DNA of 64,000 bases from Podarcis melisellensis (Eukaryota), in the NCBI GenBank assembly GCA_964234715.1, contig OZ174275.1; one strand, given 5' to 3'. Under the pieces are notes generated by a model. That model did no database searches, was not told where the DNA came from, and saw only the letters and a program-made list of their open reading frames with translations. Shown piece by piece: positions 53,405 to 64,000 of this stretch (its first letter is position 1; each line of letters begins with the position of its first letter). A program made the position numbers and the translations under genes.

Positions 53405-53735
53405 CAGGTGCAGTGGAACCTCAGAGCTGAAGGCAAAATGCAGCCCTTCAGGTCCACACCCCAGTCCCAGTCCATACCCCACCAGCCCTGTTTTGCACCC
53501 TCCATGGATGTTTTTGCCTGGTTCAAATATGTCCTTGCATTCTAAAATGCTTCTTGCTTGCCTTGATGGAGGATAGAGAGGGCTGTGCATGGAAACTAGC
53601 CTACAGTATAAAGGTAGAATTAGTTATCATCTTTTTTTCTGCCGCCCTTTGCTTCTGGCTGCACCCACCACTTCCATATGTCTCAAGAAAGTAGCCCCCA
53701 GGAAATGTGGCCCTGGCACTGGGGGGAAAAGTGCA
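53405..53735 (+). mobile_element. ~350-bp hAT-like element (family of 7795-8145)
   Basis: Shared internal blocks and AATGTGGCCC near the right end; partial copies at ~44000-44060 and ~54900-55147. Confidence 0.65.
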
Positions 53736-54032
53736 TAGGTTTCTGGTATGGCTTATCCTAAACATTAGATTATCAGATTACCCAACTGGATGGGCACCCA
53801 CGTACAGCGCACCTTTCTACATTGGTATGGATAACTGTGTTGCTAGAATCAGCCATGCATAAGGCAGGCTCACCTTCTCTCAGGAAATGGCTCAGAAACC
53901 TTTGGTGGGCAGTCTTCTATTTTCTGACAAAGCCTGGTGCTAGCCAGCTGGAAAGAGGCCTGCTAGCTCAACTCTTTCCAACCCTTGATTCTCAAAGTTG
54001 AGGAAATCGTTGATAGCTGAAGTTGTCTAAAG

Positions 54033-54168
54033 CAGGCACCCCCAAACTCGGCCCTCCAGATGTTTGGGGACTACAACTCCCATCATCCCTAGCTAACAGG
54101 ACCAGTGGTCAGGGATGATGGGAATTGTAGTCCCAAAACATCTGGAGGGCCGAGTTTGGGGGTGCCTG
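54033..54168. mobile_element. Near-perfect palindromic hAT (Charlie-like) MITE
   Basis: ~55-bp inverted arms beginning CAGGCACCCCCAAACTCGGCCCTCCAGATGTTT; TSD GTCTAAAG / GTCTAAGG. Confidence 0.93.
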
Positions 54169-56948
54169 GTCTAAGGGATAAAAACCAGCATGCTGTGGTG
54201 CTGTGCTTGCCTAACCACCTTTCCCTTTTACTATTGCTGCTTGCTTTCAGCCTTGTCTACAGGTTTTGTGATGTCTGGGAAGTTGCTGCATCTGCCTCAG
54301 CAGTTGGATTCCATCCAAATACAAGTCAGGGTGGGGAATCTGTGCCCCTAAGACTAATTTCACGCAGCCATAATTTCATGTGGTTTGCAGAGATGGTATA
54401 GAGCAGAGAGAAAGATGCAGTGGGGTAGCACAGAGAAAGGAGGGGATGAGGTGTGTGTGGAGAGAGAGAAGGAATACAGTTCAATAATGTTGAAAACTCC
54501 ACCCACTATCAGCTCTGGCTCCACTCACCTTATGGTTGCTGTCACTTACACTTCACAGGGAAAAGTATCCTCATCTCTGAATTAAAGCAGTGTCCTGTAA
54601 CTGGCAAATGTCATAAAGACCATGGAGTCTTCTTCATTTGCCCCAAGAACCCCTAAATGAGCTTTGGTAATCCAGTGGATAAAGCATTCATGGGATAAAA
54701 AGCAAGGTTGTCCCTGGGCATGCCTCCTCCTGGTTCCCGCCTAAGAAGACCTTTACCTTGGCTACGCAGAAGAGAGGAGTGTTTCATTATTGAGAGGAGA
54801 TATAGTGTTGGCCTTGGGTAGGTTTTCAGTAATCCTACAAGAGACTTGCATATCTTCCTCATTGCATTGGGATCCTTGCCCCTACCTAATATTTGGGAAG
54901 TCCATGGTGCTGGCAGGGGAAACTTGAAGCTGGCTCCAGCAGTCCTAAGCCAGCCAAGATTGCTGCAGACATCAGTCTGGGCTTCACTGGAAGTGTTGAG
55001 GCAGAGGGAAGGCAGTGTGTGTGTGAGAGAGAGAGGGGGGGATAGGAGATACTTGTTTGTATCCATGATTGTGCATGGGCATGTCTGACTATGACCACCA
55101 ACCACCACTACATGTGGCCCTGAGAGCCAAAAGGGTTGCTCATCCTAGCTGAAAACAATAACCCTTTCTGCAAGTGAAAAACTAGTGAAATTTACACTGG
55201 CCTTATTAGGAAGCAGTGTTGGGTCAAGAGCTGGTGTAATGGAAAGAAAAGAATGCACAAACTGAGCAGACCAACTACAGTATGAACAAGTCTGGAGGGT
55301 GAGAAAATCAAGAGAGAAAACCAGAAAGAATTATTCATGACTGTAGGAAATAGTTATTAGGGGAGAGTAGAAGGTACTTTAACAGAGTCCTTGCTGCCCA
55401 TGGTGTTCATTCATTAATTTTGTTCCACGTGTTTTGTGGCCAAAACGGTTTTCAAAGCAGTACAAATCCCTGCAAAATATGTTCACAAGAAACGATAGTG
55501 GGATGAGTATGTTTATCACCGGCAAGAGCACTGCTGTCCTTCTGTGTTCAGCACTCTCTGGAGAAAAGAAAACAAGCACCCTGCCCCTGAGGGCCAGCCT
55601 GAGGCATTTTGCTGCCTGAAGCAAAGGCAAGTTGGTCTCTCCCCCACCTTCTGTTTTTTGTATGGAAGTTGGCTGGAATGGAAGTTAAACCACACTTCAA
55701 TACCGGCAGTAGGTTGGCATGCTGCAGCACACTTGAGGGCAGAAGACTAGAGAGTGCAGTACAAGCCCTGTGGCACTCACAGCTCTATCATGGGCTCAGC
55801 AGAAACACCCTGGGGGTTGGTTTCCACTGCCCCCTTCCCACACCTGATTGTCTGAGGCAGGCTCCTCACTCTGCCTAAGGATAGGGCCATTCCTGTTGTC
55901 TGCATCCAAACAAGGCTGAACATGGCCACTTTCTAACAATTGATGGCATAATTATTCAGACACCCTCTGTCTTTACATGAGCTCCTGGTTCAAATCCAAT
56001 GTCTTCTATTCCTAAGTGTGCTTTGAGCTCCTGTAAAAAGGACTGCATGCACCAGACAATCACTCATTTCTCTCCATCCACGGGCAACTTCCATTATGTA
56101 CTTTCATATAAAATTTGATAAATGAAAAGATTGAATAGGTAATCATTAATGCCGTGCACTTGCATAGATAAGGATTAAAGTAAGAAAGCATGAAGTCATT
56201 CATTTTGAGCTGCCAAGATTATTTTTATGGGTTTGAATTAGAATCAGGATATTTAGAGTAAGAAGACCCTATCCTGCGGTGATTATTGAGAGAAATTTAT
56301 ACAGGGTGGCAGCAATTTATCTTTGGAAAACCACAAGGGAATAAAGTTAGGTGCACATTTAACATTTTGATCTGTAAATTATCTGTGTGGTCCTGAGCAT
56401 CTTTCCCCAGAAGTAAGCATCATGGATTTGAAAGATTCTTACATTTTAGCATGCTTAAGATTATAACTTCGTAATGCTTTCACATTATTTATGCAGTAGT
56501 AAATATATTTTAAATGATGTTTGGAAAAGTGAGTCTTTACAGAAGCAAAATAATAAGAGTGGCTTGTGTGTCTAGTCTGTCGGTCCGTGTGTGAGCCAGA
56601 GCAGAATCATGCAAAAGTGGATTAGGACACAAAGATTTCTTATTGGATCTCTCAGTGTTTTTGGTGGTAACTCCAGATTTGATCAGAGCTATGACTTTGG
56701 GACAGGGTTGTTTAGATCTCTCTCCTAATACGTTATTTCCCTCTAGTCTAAATTGCCCCTGAAGCTGTTAGTAGGGCTAGCAGCAGTTTAGGGCAAGTTG
56801 AAGTGGGAAAAGGTATTAAACAAAGGGATTGCTGTAAATTCAAGTAAACTTCCAAGCCACAAGTGAGAAGAGTACAGATTACTGAGTTGCTTGACCCAAC
56901 AGTTTGACTTGGTTTAAGGCAGCTCCCTTTGTTCCTGGGTCCCTAGCA

Positions 56949-57064
56949 TAGGCATCCCCAAACTTTGGCCCTCCAGATGTTTTGAATTACAATTCCCATC
57001 ATCCCTGACCACTGGTCCTGTTGTAGGCTAAAACATCTGGAGGGCCGCAGGTTGGGGATGTCTG
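56949..57064. mobile_element. Palindromic hAT MITE copy with internal deletion
   Basis: Same family as 54033; imperfect TSD CCCTAGCA / CATTAGCA. Confidence 0.85.
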
Positions 57065-57112
57065 CATTAGCATATTAGAGAAGGGCTCTAGTTGAGCCTA
57101 ATCCATGACATA

Positions 57113-57423
57113 TAATCATAGAATGGTAGAGTTGGAAGGGACCCTGAAGGTCATCTGGTCCAAATCCCCACAGTGAAGGAATCTCCATGACAAATGACCA
57201 CCAACCTCTGCTTAAAAACCTCCAATGAAGGAGAGTCCACCATCTCCCATGGAAGTTCATTCCACTGTTGAACAGATCTTACAGTCAGAAAGTTCTTCCT
57301 GATGTTTAGTCTGAGTCTCCTTCTTTGGCACTTGAAGCCATTGGTTGGGGTCCTACCCTCCAGAGCAGAAGAAAAAAGCTTGCGCCATCTTCCATGTGAC
57401 AGCCCTTTAGATATTGGAAGATA
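57113..57423 (-). mobile_element. CR1 LINE 3' end
   Basis: NGFK...RLNIRKNFLTVRSVQQWNELP...SPSLEVFKQRL plus 3'UTR ending ATTCTATGATT. Confidence 0.93.
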
Positions 57424-59929
57424 GGAGGAACATCTAGTCACGTGATCCACCCTATCTCCATTCTGATGCATGTCAGTTTGAGATTTACTCTCTTCTCCCC
57501 CTGTGAGCACTAAGCATTAAATGTAAGATAAACTGGTGTTTGGGCATCTATCACACTGTTACGCTATATGCATTTAGCAGATTGAAGTGCATTATGTCCT
57601 GTGGCATGAACCTGAAAATGATTGTGTTTAAACCGATGCCAGCTTCTGACAAGGATGCCGTGCTTTCTAAAAATCTCTTTGAAATAACATCTGAAAAGTT
57701 GCCCGTGTTCCTTGAAGTGTAGTTAATAGCCATTACATTTTCTTGACAGTACTGTTCAAGATAATGTGGGAGCTCTATTATTCAGAGCTAGTTATCTATC
57801 ATTTACCAGTTTAAAAAAAAACACACCCCAAAAGCCCAACAACAGAAAATGATAAATGAACATATTCCCCAAATGGTATTTGAAAACATTTGATTTGATT
57901 TGTTGGTGACGTGGAAGAACAAAGATGCAATGGAAAGATTACTGCTGCTGATGTTCAATTCACAACTGCCTACAGATTTATGCATGTTCCTTTCTTATCA
58001 AAGGAATGCTGTTGAAATGCAGGTGTGGTTTGTGTTGCTTTCAGAGGCAGCCATGACAATTCTGCAAGGTTTAGGTTTGCTTAGAAATGGATATGTGGAA
58101 TTAGTGCTCATATTAAGCTATTCAATAAAACCACATGGGTCTGCAGTAGTAAGCTCTTTCCGATTGAAATTTTATGCAAATACCTGTATTTGTAGTGTGC
58201 GAGAGATGAAGGAAACCACCTTTGAATATTTTTGTTCAGCTTGTGTAAAATGATAGCTCTGTGCAGAAAATGCATCTGCGGCTTTGTGGTGCCAAAGGAA
58301 GCAGATGAATGGCTCTGGGGACAAAAGTATGTGCATTAGGGGAAAGAAGAAGAAGAAGGTGATGATGATGCATTGTAAACACATGCAGAAGTTATCTTCA
58401 TAGTTTTGTCTTTAGGAAGGCATCATCTAAGACGATAAAATGAGAAACAACCAGAGACCATCTCCAACAGAGGACTGCACAAGCACAGTAAATTCCTGGT
58501 GTCCTCTGTTTCCCCTCAAACATGATAGCATCTGGGGTGATCTGTATGGTATTCACCTGTGCAGAATAGAAGGTCTGCACTTGGGTTGGTATATACAGGA
58601 CTCCCATTAAACACTTCTGTCACTTATCAAAACCACATCCCTGTTGTCCAGGGTTTGTGAATTGGCTCCCACGCTGCTAGGTGATTGCATGTGTGTTTGA
58701 GAAAGTGGGGCATTTTTATAATTATTCAATAAACTGAGGTGATAGGTCATGGAACAGTAAGGAAGGAGAGGAAAGGTGGAGGGATCTCTCTCTCTCTATA
58801 TATATTGATCATCCATCTATCGCACAATAGAGTTAAAACTTACGTAGCAGTTTTCCTCCATAGAGCTCAGAGTGGCTCCTCCAGCATTTCCAAGGAGTGT
58901 TTTCCAGTGGAGACTGGTCTTGCTTACAACCAGTCCAGGGGTTGGCCCTGGCCATCTGTCAAGTGTTGCCCTTATGCGTAGCATCAGAAAGGAGGACAGG
59001 GACAAAAACTAGAAATGGTTCTCCTTGTCTACCATTGGCTCTGGCTCCAGTTACTGTTGATCTCCCTGCCTTCTGCTTTACCAGTCCCAGTGCACACCAG
59101 CCGCCACCAGGTCCTATTCAGGCAACTACCAGAACTAAACCAGCCTAGCCTCTCAACTGTAGGGTGAATCTGGGCATTCACCAACTAAATGTGATTAAAA
59201 TGTGCTGATAACCTTAATCTTTTTTTGGCAACTCTATGAATGGGAAAGCAAATTTCTGAAGCAGGGATTCTCCTACTGGAACCCTACTTAGGTGGCGGGG
59301 CTATGCAAACAAGACAAAGGTGATGCGCCCAAGCTCATGGAACCTGGCTGTGCTCCCCTCTCTCTCTTAAATGATTTGCTTTGCATGTAAGCCATGAACA
59401 CCCAAACAGGGCTGAGCTCTTTATCATGTGTTTTCTGAACCAATCTAATTGCCACTGGCAACACAGAATATCCTTCAACTTCTTTTGACAGTTAAATAAG
59501 CTCATCAGTTGAATGGGTGGCAGGGATTTAACAAGTCTCCTGGCTCTAGTAATTCTGTGCATCCCTTGTCTTCAGGATCATTGTACTTACTTGTCAAATG
59601 CCAAGAAAGGTCTGGAAACTCTTGTAGCAGCCAGCCTTGAGAATTGTTATAATTATTACATATTTATTCACACCCCACTAAATAATTTATACCCTGACAG
59701 GGGCTCAAGGTGGCTTACAGATAAAATAAGAACATGGAAACGGGAGTTCCAATGTCTTTTTGTGTCTCTTGTAGGTCTGCACCAGTCTGTTGATGCAAAG
59801 TGTGTTCTAGGATTAAAAGTAGCACTAGTGCATCAATGCATTTTCCAGTTGTAGTTACTCATTTTTGTTTATCACATCTATATGCCATGTTTTGCCTCAG
59901 CTAGAGGTGGTGTACCTTGTTCTTCCCTC

Positions 59930-60065
59930 TCAATTTCATCCTTGCCACAGCCCTGTGAGGTAGGTTAGGTTAAGAGACTAGCCATAGGTGAGCTCTACAA
60001 GCGGGCTTCATGGCTGGGTGGGGATTCTCGCAGCGCAAGGTTGTCCCCTGTTTATACCACTAACC
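59930..60065 (-). mobile_element. MIR/Ther1-related CORE SINE (Squam3-like), decayed
   Basis: CCCTGTGAGGTAGGTTAGG and GCTTCATGGCTG match the reverse complement of the CORE-SINE body; a similar head remnant lies at ~41430-41500. Confidence 0.65.
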
Positions 60066-60339
60066 TTAGAATTGAAAACAGTGCCTCTCTCTTAATTCAG
60101 AATGACTCTTCTACATTTTTTGACCCTTTTTAGTACCACGGATGTCAGCTGGGATTTTTTGTTTTATGTCAGTGTTCTTTTCAAAAAATTCAACTGTAAA
60201 AATTCAATAGAATGTGCAAATAAATCAAAGGAGAATTTTTTTTTAAAAAGCATAACTGTAACTTCAGTGTTTGAAGTTAATACAGATGCTAACTTCCTGC
60301 TGTGGTTTGAGAGAGAGTTTCTCCTACAAGTTGCAGAGA

Positions 60340-60575
60340 TCTCAGAAGCCACAGTAACTTGGAGCAGTACTTTTAGTGTGGCTGCCTCTGTTCTGTGGAA
60401 CAGCATTACGACAGGCACCCACTATCAGCTCTTTCCGGGGGGCAAACCTGAAGACGTTTTTGTTTCAACAGGCTTTCTCAGCTGGATAAATGTGCCTTTG
60501 TCACAAATGCCTAGTTTTCGTCTTGTATCAAATGCATTTGCTGTTTTTGTGTGTGTGTTTTTAAACTGTTTTTAA
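60340..60575 (+). mobile_element. L2-like 3' fragment
   Basis: FSVAASVLWNS motif followed by a T-rich tail. Confidence 0.55.
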
Positions 60576-61090
60576 TCGCCTGGTGTGTAAATGAGTGAAC
60601 TGACCTCTTGGTTCTTCAACTGAAAGTGCAGACAAGTCAATAGTGAGTCTTTTCCCCTTTTGTTCAAATGCTGTACTGCGCAAACCCAAGAGAAAGGCAT
60701 GTCTGCTCCTGGAAGAGAACTGTCAGTTAACATTCTGCCCACCACAGTAGCTGCTGCTCTTGTGCTCTTAGAGATTTACAGCCACAAATTTATGACTGAG
60801 CCTGAAGTCTCAGCTCCCTAGTTTTTCTTTTTCTTTTTCCTTTCCCCCCTGCCTTCCCTCATTTCTCAACTTCTCTTTGCCCTTTACACACACACAGAGA
60901 ATTCTTGGCTGAAGGAGAAAACATACCATCCCCCAAAAGAAGAAAGACATTTTAGCAGTAGAACTTTGAATTTGTCCCTTTCTTGCCTTCACCCCACCCA
61001 GAGTGAAAACAGGAATTGTATGCTGACTTAGTCATGTTCATTAATTTCAGTTTGTCTTCTCTGAGTAAACCTTCACCACCCAAGTTCTTT

Positions 61091-61239
61091 GGATAGATAG
61101 CTCAGTTGGTTAGAGCGAGGTACTGATAATGCCAAGGTTGCAGGTTTGATCCCTGTAAGGGACAGCTGCATATTTCTGCATCGCAGGGGGGTTGGACTAG
61201 ATGATCCTCGGGATCCCTTCCAACTCTGCAATTCTATGA
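61091..61239 (+). mobile_element. tRNA-Ile-derived SINE with CR1 3' tail
   Basis: TAGCTCAGTTGGTTAGAGCG...CTGATAATGCCAAGGTTGCAGGTTTGATCCC head, then GGTTGGACTAGATGATC...CCCTTCCAACTCT...ATTCTATGA. Confidence 0.88.
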
Positions 61240-61319
61240 ACTTGATTTCTCATCATTTGGTGCTGACTGTTGAATGAGCTTTTCTGTAAAGTATTGCGTG
61301 TGCTGATATGCTGATATTA

Positions 61320-61691
61320 CCGTATTTGTCGCTCTATAAGACGCACTTTCCCCCTCCTAAAAAGTAAGGGGAAATGTGTGTGAGTCTTATGGAGTGAATG
61401 CAGGCTGGAGGCTCTGCTCAGGACTCCCTGCGCTGCGATCCCGCTTGCTGCCCTGGTTTCTGGCTTAGCTGCGTGCAGCCTCTTCCAGGCAGGGGGAGCC
61501 TTCATCCCGCTGCCCGCGAGAGGCTGAGCGCGGCTGTCCCATAAGCCAGAACAGCAAGAGGCTATATCAGAAGCCAGATCCCTCTTGCTGTTCTGGCTTC
61601 TGGGATTCAGAATATTTTTTTTCTTGTTTTCCTCCTGCAAAAACTTGGTGCGTCTTATAGTCTGATGCGTCTTATAGAGCAAAAAATATGG
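61320..61691. mobile_element. Non-autonomous Tc1/mariner (Tc2-like) element
   Basis: TA-CCGTATTTGTCGCTCTATAAGACGCA ... TGCGTCTTATAGAGCAAAAAATATGG-TA, with internal repeats of TGCGTCTTAT. Confidence 0.88.
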
Positions 61692-63899
61692 TAGATTTCT
61701 CTGAGTTGGCTCCCATGCAAACCACCACTTGATTCTGCAGTCATCAGTAAAGCTTGAGTTGACTGAAACTCTGCAATACCCTGAGACTTTGAGTGAAATG
61801 TGCTACAGTGCTAGCATATTTAACTGGAGGAAGCACAAGCCCACTATCATTTATTCAGGAGAATCCCCAGTGGTTCCCACCAAAGATAGATCTCAGAGTG
61901 ACTGCAGAACAGAGGATTCCCCCTCAGGGACAAATGAGTCACATTAATGCATTCCTAATTAATCCTCTGGAATCAGTGTCGTATCTGATGGTCATATCTG
62001 ATGCAGGTAACAGCTCTTATTCTGCTATTGATTTATGTCTTAGAAGGAACAGATTCCCTTCAGCAAGCATACCTTTGCCTTAATTGAAGTAATTACTCTT
62101 GTTTGCATTTTCTGAGAAATACAAACCAGTTTCTTTCAGCAAGAACCTAGTTCCCTTTGCAAACACACAGATTAGTAGAACACTTTGTGACCATGCTGCA
62201 CCTCTGTGGTGGGGAATTCAATTGCTCTAACCTATGACAACTAGTACCTGTGCTCTTTGTTATTTACATCGCTTGTGTTTTCATTTGGGCCCCTGCGAAA
62301 GTTCTTTACAAATTCAAGCTGCTGCTTGGTGATAAACCCTAACCTTGCATCTCCATCGTCTGCAATTGTTGGGGGGGGGTATGGGTAGGAATCTTGCCCA
62401 TGTTCTCCCTTGTCAACATGCGCTGACCCTGTGGATCACTATGGGAGCCATCTCTTTTTCTTCAGTTCTAGCTAGCATTCCTCCTTGCCTCACATTCCCA
62501 TTTAACAGATAAATGCATCAATTTCCTTTTGCTGTTCATTACTTGCTTCTCCAGGACTGGATTCAAAGGTGACTTTTGTGAGTAGAAGAGCACTACCACT
62601 TGTTAAAGGCAACCTGGTTGATTTCTCTCTCCACTACAGCCCACCCGCATCCCATCTAATGCTGTTCTGGAGGGTCCACTTACCATCAGAAGAAGCTTCT
62701 GGGGACACAGTGGGCTATATAGCAGGTGACGGAACCAAAAAAGTTCTACTGCAGAAGCAAAGGTTGACTTGCTCTTCTGTGACTCTTTGCTGAGACTACC
62801 AGTTCAGGAGCTTCTGGCAAGACATAACCAGACATATTAATTGGGAACATGTAGAGGGAAATGTTGTTCTGGGCCATTTATTGCCGCCTATGTTTAAAGT
62901 TTCTAAAAAAAATTACCCAAATGACCAGATCTTTCCCAGCTTGACTCTTCAGATTATTCTGTAAATCTTTTTAACCTCCCAAAGTGTCAGGTACCATGTG
63001 AATAAAATAGTAGAGTGTGATTGCCTCAAAGTCATATGGGTTGTTGCCATCACCAATCCACATATAATACAAATCCATCCACGCCATTCAAAATAATGTT
63101 AAAGTCAAATTCCTGTTGTCCAACTTAAAGAATGCATTTCAGGAGATAAATATGCAAGATTCCTATATGAAGCGTTCTCCCTACTCCCCACCCCACCCCC
63201 CAAAACGCTGCTACCATTGAAGGCATGCATCTGGGGTTGGGGCTGGGGACTGCCCCATCTGAAATAACTGAAATAATAATTGTGCTGTTCTTTGATTGTC
63301 TAAATGCATACTTCTATAGGAAATCAATTTATCATTGTGGAAGCAGGAAAAAATATTTTAATCTTGCTGAATAGTGCATTTCCCATCTTGAAAAAAAACC
63401 TTCCCATAACATTTTTTTGGGTTAAAGATTACATCAATAGCACATGGAATCAACTGGCAGGTAACAGGTTTTTAAATGTCACAGCCGCAACATGACCCAG
63501 ATTAGGCTTGCCTGAACTCATTAGAATCAATGTGTTTGAAGCACGGCAAAATCGGTATAGGATTTTGACTTCTGAATTTATTCCAAATGTTTGTAAATGG
63601 TGTCATAAAACAACTCTCCTGACTTCAACCAACTCTTTCACTATAAAGGATCTGAAACAGACATCTTAAAAGAACTCTATATATTACTCAGCAAGTCTCT
63701 TGTTAGCCACTCAGATACAAGGGCTGGTTAGTATATTGAATAGCTGGCATATCAGTCTGGAGTTGCATAGCTTGGTGCCCTCTATCACTGTCAACCTATG
63801 AACCTCAGATGAAGGACATTTAATAAACAAGGAGTGTAACAGTACTGGGTACTTGATAGTGGAGAGTGAATTGGCTTTGTAAATTACCTGGTGTGAGGT

Positions 63900-64000
63900 T
63901 CTGGAAGACACCAGTGTCATGTTACAGAGAACCAGGCAGAGGGCCTTCTCTGTAGGGCCGCCCTCCCTGTGGAATGCCCTCCCTTTAGGGGAAGGAGATA
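63900..64000 (+). mobile_element. L2-like 3' fragment running off the window end
   Basis: RQRAFSVGPPSLWNALP motif. Confidence 0.75.

Noticed and set aside
57151-57510. 119-aa ORF as a host gene
   Set aside because: It is CR1 ORF2 C-terminus.
61091-61165. Functional tRNA-Ile gene
   Set aside because: Acceptor stem mismatched, T-loop TTC changed to TTT, no poly-T terminator, and fused to a CR1 tail.

Overview
64 kb of non-coding vertebrate DNA from a squamate, most likely a lacertid lizard (inferred from a full-length Sauria/POM-type SINE and the MITE families present). No protein-coding exon or gene could be identified. The long ORFs in the track are artefacts of a GC-rich minisatellite, or remnants of CR1/L2 ORF2. 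The window is a large intron or gene desert with a 139-N assembly gap. It holds many non-autonomous Tc1/mariner-pogo (TA TSD) and hAT (8-bp TSD) elements, CR1 and L2 LINE fragments, tRNA-derived SINEs, probable LTR remnants and microsatellites, interleaved with AT-rich blocks carrying Pbx/Hox/Meis motifs and one strong CTCF site. Three structures stand out. (1) An intact, CpG-rich 1.33-kb Tigger/pogo-like element whose interior is built almost entirely of hairpins, including an 11-unit array of ~60-bp palindromic modules whose core occurs in two opposite orientations. (2) A chimeric MITE at the window start that marks a probable MITE-mediated duplication junction with a ~16.2-kb offset. (3) An unexplained, ungapped ~60-bp inverted homology about 2.4 kb apart.
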